Assembly (NCBI GenBank): GCA_903933015.1
Contig: CAIZIQ010000319.1
Coordinates: 1 to 44,440 of the forward strand
Origin: an uncultured Spartobacteria bacterium
GTDB taxonomy: Bacteria > Verrucomicrobiota > Verrucomicrobiia > Chthoniobacterales > UBA6821
Direction: 5' to 3'
Length of the DNA stretch: 44,440 bases
A program made the translations under genes and the position numbers. Positions within the stretch are counted from its first letter, which is position 1. Each line of letters starts with the position of its first letter. The notes beneath the pieces are model-generated. The model had not been told where the DNA came from. It was given only the letters and a program-made list of their open reading frames with translations, and did not search any database. This document shows, piece after piece, positions 31,779 to 39,650 of the stretch.

Positions 31779-31847
31779 GGAACTCAGGAAATCAGGAACA
31801 GGGCCAAGAGGGTGGACTGAGGATTCTTTCCTATTTTCCTGAGTTCC
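31779..31847 (-). repeat. CAGGAA-type palindromic element (family B, short copy)
   Basis: Perfect 13-bp arms GGAACTCAGGAAA / TTTCCTGAGTTCC, extended by CAGGAA-like repeats. The internal GCCAAGAGGGTGGACTGAGGATTC is homologous to part of 32872-33012. It begins 4 nt after the pyrD stop. Confidence 0.65.
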
Positions 31848-31851
31848 ACAT

Positions 31852-32856
31852 TCATCTTTGGGCCAGTCTCCGCAGAAGAGCGGGGCCTTGGTAGATGAAG
31901 GAGGTGTAGACCTGGAGGAGATCCGCTCCCGCGTCGAGGCGTTCCCGGGCCGATACGGCATCGCTGATTCCTCCGCAGGCGATCACGGGGAGCTTGGTCT
32001 GATTTCGGATCGTCTGCAGCGCTGCGAGCGAGCGTGCACGCACGGGGAGGCCGCTGAGGCCCCCCGTCTGATCACGATCCTTGGGGATCGCCGAGTGGTC
32101 GAGCGTGGTGTTGGTGGCGATCAGTCCGGCGAGCTCTTCGGACTCGGCAAGCTGGACGATCGCCACGAGATCCTCCTCCGCGAGATCGGGGGCCACCTTT
32201 ACGAAGAGGGGACGGCGGGAGGCTCCCTCCCAATCACGCAGCGTGCGGATGATCCGTCCAAGTGCCTCGGTTGATTGGAGATCGCGGAGACCCGGGGTAT
32301 TGGGCGAGCTGACATTGATCACGAAGTAATCGCCGAGGTCATGGAGCCGCCGGAACGATGCCAGGTAATCCTCGTGCGCCTTCTCGGCAGGGGTGACCTT
32401 CGACTTGCCGATGTTCAGGCCGACAGGAATCCGGGGCCAGCGACCCTCGGCATGGAGCGCCTCCAGGCGCGTGGCCACGGCTTCCGCTCCCTCATTGTTG
32501 AATCCGAGCCGGTTGATCAGCGCCTGCTGCTGGGGGAAGCGGAACATGCGCGGCTTCGGATTGCCTGGCTGGGCACAGGCGGTGATGGTCCCCACCTCGA
32601 TGAAGCCGAACCCGAGTGCCTCCCAGGCAGGGAGAGCGAGCCCGTTCTTGTCCATGCCCGCGGCGAGGCCGACCGGATTCGGGAAGGTGATCCCGGCGAC
32701 CGTGCGGGGAGAGGAGGGAACAGCTTTGCCGGCGCTCAGGCGAACGAGAGCGGGAAAGTGTGATCCTATCTCTAGGGCACTCATCACGAGGTCATGGGCC
32801 TCCTCGGCATCCATGGAGAAGAAAATTGGGCGGATCAGATTTTGGTAAAAGTCCAT
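31852..32856 (-). CDS. pyrD: Dihydroorotate dehydrogenase (quinone), class 2
   Basis: GLAAGMDKNG, GFGFIEVGTIT, GNPKPRMFR, LGFNNEG, NVSSPNTPGLR, ATNTT and GGLSG motifs. Confidence 0.9.
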   Translation of the reverse strand: MDFYQNLIRPIFFSMDAEEAHDLVMSALEIGSHFPALVRLSAGKAVPSSPRTVAGITFPNPVGLAAGMDKNGLALPAWEALGFGFIEVGTITACAQPGNPKPRMFRFPQQQALINRLGFNNEGAEAVATRLEALHAEGRWPRIPVGLNIGKSKVTPAEKAHEDYLASFRRLHDLGDYFVINVSSPNTPGLRDLQSTEALGRIIRTLRDWEGASRRPLFVKVAPDLAEEDLVAIVQLAESEELAGLIATNTTLDHSAIPKDRDQTGGLSGLPVRARSLAALQTIRNQTKLPVIACGGISDAVSARERLDAGADLLQVYTSFIYQGPALLRRLAQR

Positions 32857-32871
32857 CGGGGATAAATTAAT

Positions 32872-33012
32872 CTGGAAATCAGGAAGGCAGGAAGCCGAGA
32901 GAGAGGGTGAATAGGATCTCCAAGGGGATGAGTAGAAGAACTCCCAGGGAAAAACGGTGATGAAGGAGATGCCGACCAGCAGATCAGCATGTTTCCTGTC
33001 TTCCTGAGTTGC
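32872..33012 (-). repeat. CAGGAA-type palindromic element (family B, long copy)
   Basis: The arms CTGGAAATCAGGAAGGCAGGAAGC and GTTTCCTGTCTTCCTGAGTTGC give 13/14 pairing over CAGGAAGNCAGGAA. It lies between the mnmE stop and the pyrD start and ends 15 nt from the pyrD ATG. Confidence 0.65.
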
Positions 33013-33032
33013 GTATTTATTCCTTCAGTTAT

Positions 33033-33063
33033 CCCTCTCTGCGTCTCTGCGCCTCCGCGCGAG
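33033..33063 (-). repeat. CTCTGCG-type GC-rich repeat (family C copy)
   Basis: CCCTCTCTGCGTCTCTGCGCCTCCGCGCGAG. Closely related copies lie at 39477-39503 (opposite strand) and 39623-39650. Confidence 0.65.
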
Positions 33064-33075
33064 AAATTCCATAAC

Positions 33076-34425
33076 CTACTTCCCGATGCAGAAGCTGGAG
33101 AAAATCTTGCCGAGGATTTCTTCCGTACCCGCGGCGCCGACCACCTCACCGACGGCGGCGAGTGATGAGCGGAGTTCCACGGCGATGAGTTCGGGAGGCT
33201 CCCCGGCGCCCAGCAGCGCGATGGCTGCGTTCAGCGACGAAGCGGCGCGCCTCAGGCATTTCTGATGGCGTGCATTGATCGCCGCACCATCAGGCAGTTC
33301 CTCGCCGGCCGATCCGCGGGTGCCGGTGACTTTGGAGAGGATCGCTTCGATCAACGACTCGATCCCCTCGCCCGTCCTGCAGGAAATGGTCACCCCCTCG
33401 GGTAATAGGGACAATCGCGTGCGGTCCTCCATCAGGTCGATCTTGTTGAAGACCAGCAACTCCTCCGCGAAGAGAGGCTCCACCGAGGGATTCTGCCCGG
33501 AGGCATCCACGAGATGGATTCGCAGATCTGCCGTCTCTGCCACGCGGCGTGCCCGCTCCACGCCCTCGCGTTCCACGGGATCCGAGGTCTCGCGCAGACC
33601 CGCCGTGTCGATCACGCGGAAGGGATAGCCGCCGAGGCTCGCCCGCTCCTCGATCGTGTCGCGGGTGGTTCCCGGCGTCGCACTCACGATGGCGCGTTCC
33701 GCGCCGAGCAACCGGTTCAGTAGGCTCGATTTCCCGGCATTCGGCGCACCGCAGAGGGCCAGCGTGATCCCCTCCCGTAAGAGTCGTCCTTCGTTCGCCG
33801 TCGCAAGAAGGCCGGAGAGATGGGCTGCGATCCCCTCCATCCGCTTACGGAGGGCTGCTCCGCTCTCGGGATCGATCCCCTCCTCCGGGAAATCGATGAA
33901 GGCCTCCAGATGGGCGACACTCTCGAGAAGCTCCCCGCGGAGCGCATGGATCTCCTTGCCGAGCCGTCCCTCCAGCTGCGCTGCGGCCGCGCGTGCGGCC
34001 TTCGGTGTCCCGGCACTGATGAGATCCATCACCGCCTCGGCCTGCGTCAGGTCGAGCTTACCATTCAGGAAGGCCCTCTCGGTGAATTCCCCGGGTCGTG
34101 CCATGCGGGCGCCGGCATCGAGCGCCGCGCCCAGGACGCGGGCGGCCACCAGCGACCCTCCATGGCCGCTGATCTCGACAAGATCCTCACCCGTGTAGCT
34201 CCGGGGATTGCGGAAGACCGTCAGGAGCACTTCATCGAGAACCTCCTTCTTGGAATCGATGATCCTACCGAAAGCCACCCGTCGCTCCTCTAGGGCGGAG
34301 GGAGATTTCGTTCCGCGAAAGATCGTGTCGGCCACGGCCAGCGCCTGCGGTCCGCTGATGCGGATGACGGCGAGCGCCCCCTCACCCGGAGGAGTGGCCA
34401 GTGCGGCAATGGTTTCTCCATTCAT
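33076..34425 (-). CDS. mnmE: tRNA modification GTPase MnmE (TrmE)
   Basis: N-terminus TIAALATPPGEGALAVIRISG, G-domain GAPNAGKSSLLN / DTAGLR / NKID, and the diagnostic C-terminus FCIGK. ATG 34425 is preferred over 34443. Confidence 0.9.
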   Translation of the reverse strand: MNGETIAALATPPGEGALAVIRISGPQALAVADTIFRGTKSPSALEERRVAFGRIIDSKKEVLDEVLLTVFRNPRSYTGEDLVEISGHGGSLVAARVLGAALDAGARMARPGEFTERAFLNGKLDLTQAEAVMDLISAGTPKAARAAAAQLEGRLGKEIHALRGELLESVAHLEAFIDFPEEGIDPESGAALRKRMEGIAAHLSGLLATANEGRLLREGITLALCGAPNAGKSSLLNRLLGAERAIVSATPGTTRDTIEERASLGGYPFRVIDTAGLRETSDPVEREGVERARRVAETADLRIHLVDASGQNPSVEPLFAEELLVFNKIDLMEDRTRLSLLPEGVTISCRTGEGIESLIEAILSKVTGTRGSAGEELPDGAAINARHQKCLRRAASSLNAAIALLGAGEPPELIAVELRSSLAAVGEVVGAAGTEEILGKIFSSFCIGK

Positions 34426-34430
34426 ACTGA

Positions 34431-35903
34431 TCAGTTCCAGCATGCCAGCACGAGATGGCCGGGTTTGGTGTAAAAGAACCCGAGCTTTAGGTCAGGAAAG
34501 AGCACATGGGCGAAGGGAGCGTCGTTTCCTGTCGCCCCAGGAAGAGTGGGCTGGAGCACCTCGCTGACGGCGCCATTTTGGGCAACCTTCAGCAGGCGTC
34601 CCTGCTCATCGACAAACCACATCCGCTTTCCATCGGGATCATCACCGACACGCTCGGCAGGTAGCCAGCCAAGAACCTTTCCATCGGGATCAATGATCCA
34701 GCTTCGGAAGCTTTCCTCGCGATACCAACGCCCCGGTGGAACCGGATATTTATTGCCGCCTACCCATGTTGTAAGAGAGCCCGGGAAAAACCCAAGGTTG
34801 TCGGTATCTTTGCAAGGAATGCAGGAATTCCACCGATGGCTGGAGGCATTCATAGAATAGTCAGGCCAACCGACCCCCGGTCCGTGTCCAGGCTCATCCC
34901 ATGAGATTCTTGCTAAGCCGTCGTCTGAGTCCGCTGTTGCACCACAGAGTGCGAATCTTGACCCCAAGTTCCTAAAATCAACGGAGGTCTTGAGTGATGA
35001 TATTTTTTCTACTGGCAACCACGAAGAATCAGGAACCCAGAGATGATGTCGCGTGAGCCATCTTCCTATCTTTGGTCTCCACCCCCATTCGGAGACTCTG
35101 AGATTAGTTCGATCACACCCCGCTGCCAGAATATGGATAATCCAATGCCGTTGATCGCAATCAGCTATCGCCCAATCCGCGCTGTAATGGGATGGAATAC
35201 CAGCGTCGTCGGGGTCTTTTGAATATTTCATCAAGGAGAAGGAGCTCAGCAATTTGTTATTTGGCGAATAAATGTAAACCCTTCCATCAAAGTCCCAGAG
35301 ATCCGTCGTAATCCATTGGCCATCCGGGAGGAAGGCCCCATACCAATGACGTCCGGTGCCATCCCGACGTGGAACCTTGGCCTCGGCAAGAGAGGTTCCC
35401 TTCTCGTTAAAGAGCCATCCTCTCTTCGAAGTCCAGAGTTCGAAGTTCTTGGGTCCGATGCGTCGGATCGCACAGGCATACCTAGAGTTCCAACGATCTT
35501 GTGGGAGATCCCATTCCTTGATCGTCGTTAGGGGCAGGGCGACTGCATTTGTAGGCACAGGAAGTTCCGCTTGGGCAACAGATTTCCCAGCAAACAACTC
35601 TTCTCCAATGTCCATATCTTGAGCCTTGATAGCCAGTTCCAAGACTTGCTGACGGATTTCCCCTTTCTTCTTCGGATCTGCTTCCTCATGCCACGCCTTG
35701 AGTCCCGCTTGGGCATACGGCAACGCTTTCTCATCCCAGCAATCTTCCGGAACATTCGTCCAAGACATCTCCGGTGTTGGCGCAGTGGCTACGTTGGTCG
35801 CAATCGAGTTGGTGGCAGACTCCGTAGAGGCATTAGTCAGTATGGTCTCCTCGGCGTGGAGGAGTAGCGCTAATCCGAAGAAAACCGGCAGCGCGCGTTT
35901 CAT
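34431..35903 (-). CDS. Hypothetical secreted Trp-rich protein (no recognisable family)
   Basis: 490-aa ORF with signal peptide MKRALPVFFGLALLLHA and about 26 Trp by my count. It is visibly AT-richer than its neighbours. I find no motif I can assign. Confidence 0.5.
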   Translation of the reverse strand: MKRALPVFFGLALLLHAEETILTNASTESATNSIATNVATAPTPEMSWTNVPEDCWDEKALPYAQAGLKAWHEEADPKKKGEIRQQVLELAIKAQDMDIGEELFAGKSVAQAELPVPTNAVALPLTTIKEWDLPQDRWNSRYACAIRRIGPKNFELWTSKRGWLFNEKGTSLAEAKVPRRDGTGRHWYGAFLPDGQWITTDLWDFDGRVYIYSPNNKLLSSFSLMKYSKDPDDAGIPSHYSADWAIADCDQRHWIIHILAAGCDRTNLRVSEWGWRPKIGRWLTRHHLWVPDSSWLPVEKISSLKTSVDFRNLGSRFALCGATADSDDGLARISWDEPGHGPGVGWPDYSMNASSHRWNSCIPCKDTDNLGFFPGSLTTWVGGNKYPVPPGRWYREESFRSWIIDPDGKVLGWLPAERVGDDPDGKRMWFVDEQGRLLKVAQNGAVSEVLQPTLPGATGNDAPFAHVLFPDLKLGFFYTKPGHLVLACWN

Positions 35904-35926
35904 GAACTTTTAGTTCCCTTATTTCC

Positions 35927-37234
35927 TCAATCCTTGAGCACGGACTCGAGGGTGCTGCCAAAGGTGGGGTAGGAGGTGGCGACGCACTCCACGTGCTCGA
36001 TGATGGTTTCGCCCTCGGCGAAGAGTCCCGCGATGGCGAAGGCCATGGCGATGCGATGGTCGTGGAAGCACTGGAGCGTGGCCCCGTGGAGCGGATGGCC
36101 TCCCTCGATCACCATGCCATCTTCGGTCTCGGTGACCTTGGCACCCATGGCGCGGAGGTTGCCGGCGACGGCGGCGATGCGGTCGGTCTCCTTCACGCGG
36201 AGCTCCTTGGCATCGCGGATGATCGTGGTGCCGGAGGCAAGGGCCCCTGCGACGGCGAGGACCGGAAGTTCGTCGATGACGTTCGGGATCTCTGCGCCGG
36301 CGATGATGGTGCCCGTGAGTTTGCCTCCCTTCACGACGATCGTGCCTGAGGGTTCGGCGGCCTTCGGATCGGAGGGGGTCGCCGTGATGTCGGCACCCAT
36401 GCGGCGGAGGACGGAGATGATGCCGTCGCGTGTGGGATTCAGGCCCACGCCGTGCATGGTGATTTTGGAACCTTCCTTGGCCGAGCCGGCGACGAGCCAG
36501 AACGCGGCGCTGGAGATGTCGCCGGGGACGGCGAAGTCGCGGGCGCGGAGCTTCTGAGGACCCTGGAGCGCAATGCGGCGGCGCCCGTCGGCATCGGGGG
36601 TGCCGAGGTCGAGCGTGACGCCGAATTCCTGGAGCATCCGTTCGGTATGATCGCGGCAGGCGGCGGGCTCGGTGACGCTGGTCTCACCCTCTGCGGAGAG
36701 GCCCGCGAGCAGGATGGCGCTCTTTACCTGGGCGCTGGCGACGGGCATTTCGTAGGAAAGCGGCTTGAGCGATCCTCCCTCGACGACGAGGGGAGGCTTG
36801 CCGTCACCACCCTCGGCGGTGAAGCGGGCACCCATCTCGGTGAGAGGCTTGATGACGCGGCCCATGGGGCGCTTGGAGAGCGAGGCGTCCCCGATCATCC
36901 GGGTACGGATGGGATGGGAGGCAACGATGCCGGAGAGGAGGCGCATGGTGGTGCCGGAGTTGCCGCAGTCAACGTCGCCGGAGGGCTGGGAGAGGCGGCC
37001 GCCCGTTCCCTCGATGACGAAGGTCCCCTTGCCCGTGTGCTCGATGCGGGCGCCGAGGCTTCGCATGGCACCGACGGTGGAGAGGCAATCCTCGGCCTCG
37101 AGGAATCCGGTGATGGTGCTGCGTCCCTCCGCGAGGGAGGCGAACATGGCACTCCGGTGGGACATGCTCTTGTCACCTGGAATGGTGATCTCGGCCCGGA
37201 TGGGGCCGCTGCGGCGGACGGAGAAGGATTTCAT
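35927..37234 (-). CDS. aroA: 3-phosphoshikimate 1-carboxyvinyltransferase (EPSP synthase)
   Basis: PGDKSMSHRSAMFASLAEG, DCGNSGTTMRLLSG, RVKETDR and HDHRIAMAFAIAG motifs. Confidence 0.9.
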   Translation of the reverse strand: MKSFSVRRSGPIRAEITIPGDKSMSHRSAMFASLAEGRSTITGFLEAEDCLSTVGAMRSLGARIEHTGKGTFVIEGTGGRLSQPSGDVDCGNSGTTMRLLSGIVASHPIRTRMIGDASLSKRPMGRVIKPLTEMGARFTAEGGDGKPPLVVEGGSLKPLSYEMPVASAQVKSAILLAGLSAEGETSVTEPAACRDHTERMLQEFGVTLDLGTPDADGRRRIALQGPQKLRARDFAVPGDISSAAFWLVAGSAKEGSKITMHGVGLNPTRDGIISVLRRMGADITATPSDPKAAEPSGTIVVKGGKLTGTIIAGAEIPNVIDELPVLAVAGALASGTTIIRDAKELRVKETDRIAAVAGNLRAMGAKVTETEDGMVIEGGHPLHGATLQCFHDHRIAMAFAIAGLFAEGETIIEHVECVATSYPTFGSTLESVLKD

Positions 37235-37269
37235 GAGAAAAATAGGGAATGGCTATGGTTGAGGGTGCC

Positions 37270-38208
37270 TCAGACGTTCTCCTCGGGAGGAGGGAGCGGA
37301 AGCGAGTCGCGATGTTCCTTGGCGCGCTTCAGAAAATCGAGCAGCGAGTCGGGGTTTTCTTTGCCGAGCGCGGTGGCCATGGCCTGTAGCAGCTTGGCCA
37401 TGTCGCGGAGGGCGGCGGCCACCTCGGTGCTGTTCTCGGTCAGGATGCCGGTCCAGAGCGCCGGATCGCTCGCCGCCACACGCGTGGCATCGCGATAGCT
37501 GCCGCCGGCCAGATCCTGGGAGCCCTCGGGGAGGGAGTCGCTCACGAGATTCACCAAGCCAAAGGCAAGGGCATGGGGCAGGTGGCTGACCCGGGCCACG
37601 ATGCGATCGTGTTCCGAGGGGGTCATGACGGTGATGCGTGAGCCGAGCGTGGTCCACAAGGCGCCGACCAGCCGCAGCGCCCGGGGATCGGTGGAGGCCT
37701 CGGGAGTCAGAATACAGGGTGCCCCGGCAAAGAGGTCGGCACGCGCGGCGGAAATCCCCGATTTCTCGCTCCCGGCCATGGGGTGTGCACCGACGAAGCG
37801 GGAACCGAGGAGCGGCTCGAGGCGCTGGACGACGCAGCCCTTCACGCTCCCAGCATCGGTGACGACGGCATCGGACCGTAGGTGAGAGGCGATGGTCGCG
37901 GCGATCGCCTCAAGGGAGCCGACCGGGGTGCAGAGGATGACGAGATCGGCATCCGCGACCGCCTTGGCAGCATCGCTCTCGACGGAGTCTGCCAGATTCA
38001 GGCGCCCGATTTCCTCAAGAGCGGCGGGGTTACGTCCCCAGATGGTGAGATGGAGGTGAGGGCAGAGGCTTTTCAGAGCCATCGACACGGAACCTCCAAT
38101 CAGCCCGGGGCCGAAAACCGTGACGCGGCGGATCTGGGAGATTCCCCCGCAGGAATCAGGGGCTTCGTTTCCTGATGGTGCGCTCAAGACGACCGGATCA
38201 GGGAACAA
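37270..38208 (-). CDS. tyrA: Prephenate/arogenate dehydrogenase
   Basis: Rossmann [17 protein letters not shown], then D.GSVK and HPMAG, plus the C-terminal dimerisation-domain pattern. It sits adjacent to aroA. Confidence 0.8.
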   Translation of the reverse strand: MFPDPVVLSAPSGNEAPDSCGGISQIRRVTVFGPGLIGGSVSMALKSLCPHLHLTIWGRNPAALEEIGRLNLADSVESDAAKAVADADLVILCTPVGSLEAIAATIASHLRSDAVVTDAGSVKGCVVQRLEPLLGSRFVGAHPMAGSEKSGISAARADLFAGAPCILTPEASTDPRALRLVGALWTTLGSRITVMTPSEHDRIVARVSHLPHALAFGLVNLVSDSLPEGSQDLAGGSYRDATRVAASDPALWTGILTENSTEVAAALRDMAKLLQAMATALGKENPDSLLDFLKRAKEHRDSLPLPPPEENV

Positions 38209-38623
38209 GGAAGATCTTGCCCGAGTAGGGGTCCTTCACCTCGGAGCCGGGAGGGAAGCCGCGGACGTCGACGTAGCCGGCATTCGGGGAATGGGGACTG
38301 ATCACGAAGCCAGGCTTGCCCGGAACGGGGGTGCCGTAAGGGAGGTCGCGGGGGGTGGCGGCAGCGACGGGCGCCGGAGTGGGGGTGGCAAAGGGGTTGG
38401 GGGTGCTGACGACCGTATTGGGAGCCACGGCATTGGTATCGATGACGGCACCATTCGTGTCGGTGAGTGCATTTGTTGAGACTCCGTTCGTCGTGATCTG
38501 GGTGTCCTGGGTGAGTGTGGCGGGCGCCGGTCCCTTCCTCTTGGGAGCGGAAGTCTCCGTATCGGCACATCCCGCAAGCAGCAGGATCGTCAGGAGCGGA
38601 AGAAAGCGGAGTGGCTGTTTCAT
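38198..38623 (-). CDS. Hypothetical lipoprotein
   Basis: ATG 38623 gives [19 protein letters not shown] (lipobox). It has a low-complexity T/N/A/P-rich middle and a C-terminus [41 protein letters not shown]. Its 3' end overlaps the tyrA start by 11 nt. Confidence 0.5.
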   Translation of the reverse strand: MKQPLRFLPLLTILLLAGCADTETSAPKRKGPAPATLTQDTQITTNGVSTNALTDTNGAVIDTNAVAPNTVVSTPNPFATPTPAPVAAATPRDLPYGTPVPGKPGFVISPHSPNAGYVDVRGFPPGSEVKDPYSGKIFLVP

Positions 38624-38925
38624 GGGATTAATCAAATTAAGGTGATCACTCATTTGCCGCGTAACATCAATGTTTTTCAACCGCTCCGGGCTCGTCGGAA
38701 GTTCCCTGTGGAAGTGACGAAAATGACAAATCGAAGAATTTCTATTGCCAAAGGGCGAAAGCGGCACCATAGGTTGCAGCCGAAGTTCGATGATAGCGTT
38801 TCAGGCAATGCAGGTTCCCCGCTGGTCGGGAGGACTGCTCCGAGTCCCCTCAGGTGAGCGGCAGGTGCATTCCGCGAAGTAGCCGTCAGCGTACAGATAC
38901 AAACAAACACAAAGCAGTAAGCAGT

Positions 38926-39381
38926 ATGAAACTCTATATCGGGAATCTTCCCTTCTCAGCAACCGACGCCGACCTCCGCGAGGTCTTCGGCGCACACGGC
39001 ACCGTCACTGACGCGATCGTCATGATGGACCGCACCACCGGCCGCTCACGCGGATTCGGATTCGTCACTTTCAGCGCCCCCGAAGAGGGCAAGGCCGCGA
39101 TCGCAGCCTTGAGCGGCGCCGACATGGGTGGCCGCAACCTCACTGTTAACGAAGCCCGTCCGATGGAGGATCGTCCTCGCGGTGGTGGCGGCGGCGGTGG
39201 TGGATACGGCGGCGGCGGTGGCGGCGGCTACCGTGGTGGTGGCGGCGGTGGTGGATACCGCGGCGGTGGCGGCGGTGGTGGATACCGTGGTGGTGGCGGC
39301 GGCGGTGGATACCGCGGCGGCGACGATCGTGGTGGATACCGTGGTGGTGATGACCGTGGTGGTCGTCAGGACTACCGCTAA
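38926..39381 (+). CDS. RRM-type RNA-binding protein with a Gly/Arg/Tyr repeat tail
   Basis: RNP-2 LYIGNL and RNP-1 RGFGFVTF, then GGGGGGGYR repeated about 5 times plus GGDDRGGYR twice. ATG 38926 is preferred over 38854. Confidence 0.85.
   Translation: MKLYIGNLPFSATDADLREVFGAHGTVTDAIVMMDRTTGRSRGFGFVTFSAPEEGKAAIAALSGADMGGRNLTVNEARPMEDRPRGGGGGGGGYGGGGGGGYRGGGGGGGYRGGGGGGGYRGGGGGGGYRGGDDRGGYRGGDDRGGRQDYR
39181..39366 (+). repeat. 27-bp in-frame tandem repeat array inside the RRM gene
   Basis: Units such as GGTGGTGGCGGCGGTGGTGGATACCGC are repeated about 6-7 times with synonymous and minor changes. Confidence 0.8.
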
Positions 39382-39405
39382 GTCTCCGGACTCAGCAATT
39401 TCATC

Positions 39406-39443
39406 AAACGGCCCGGAGGGAAACTTCCGGGCCGTTTGCTTTT
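39406..39443 (+). terminator. Rho-independent terminator of the RRM gene
   Basis: AAACGGCCCGGA-GGGAAACT-TCCGGGCCGTTT followed by GCTTTT. Confidence 0.75.
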
Positions 39444-39476
39444 GCCCGGATCACTCGAGATGCCCGGGGAGATCCT

Positions 39477-39650
39477 CGCGCGGAGGCGCAGAGGCGCAGA
39501 GAGCAATGCAAGGGTGTGAATCCAACACGATCCGAGGGTTGCATCGATCATGCTCAGGGTCATTTTCAAAGCACTTCCTCCATGAGGAACGGCAAAGCTT
39601 CATGCGAAAATTTCCCAAGCCCCCCTCTGCGTCTCAGCGCCTCTGCGCGC
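39477..39650. repeat. Inverted pair of CTCTGCG-type repeats (family C) enclosing about 119 bp
   Basis: The left arm is CGCGCGGAGGCGCAGAGGCGCAGAGAG and the right arm is CCCTCTGCGTCTCAGCGCCTCTGCGCGC. The right arm overlaps the last codons and stop of pabB. Confidence 0.6.

Noticed and set aside
32835-33149. 104-aa ORF (and 39600-39794) containing ...GAETQRG... peptides
   Set aside because: These are translations of the CTCTGCG and CAGGAA repeat families. They overlap real gene ends and have no start context.
36452-37498. 348-aa plus-strand ORF (also 35976-36557 and 36765-37262)
   Set aside because: These are antisense to aroA and tyrA and have a low-complexity G/A/E/D-rich translation. They are shadow ORFs.
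33033-39650. Possibility that the recurring CTCTGCGNCTCNGCGCCTC motif is a CRISPR array
   Set aside because: There are only three copies. They lie kilobases apart or in inverted orientation, with no regular repeat-spacer periodicity and no cas genes.
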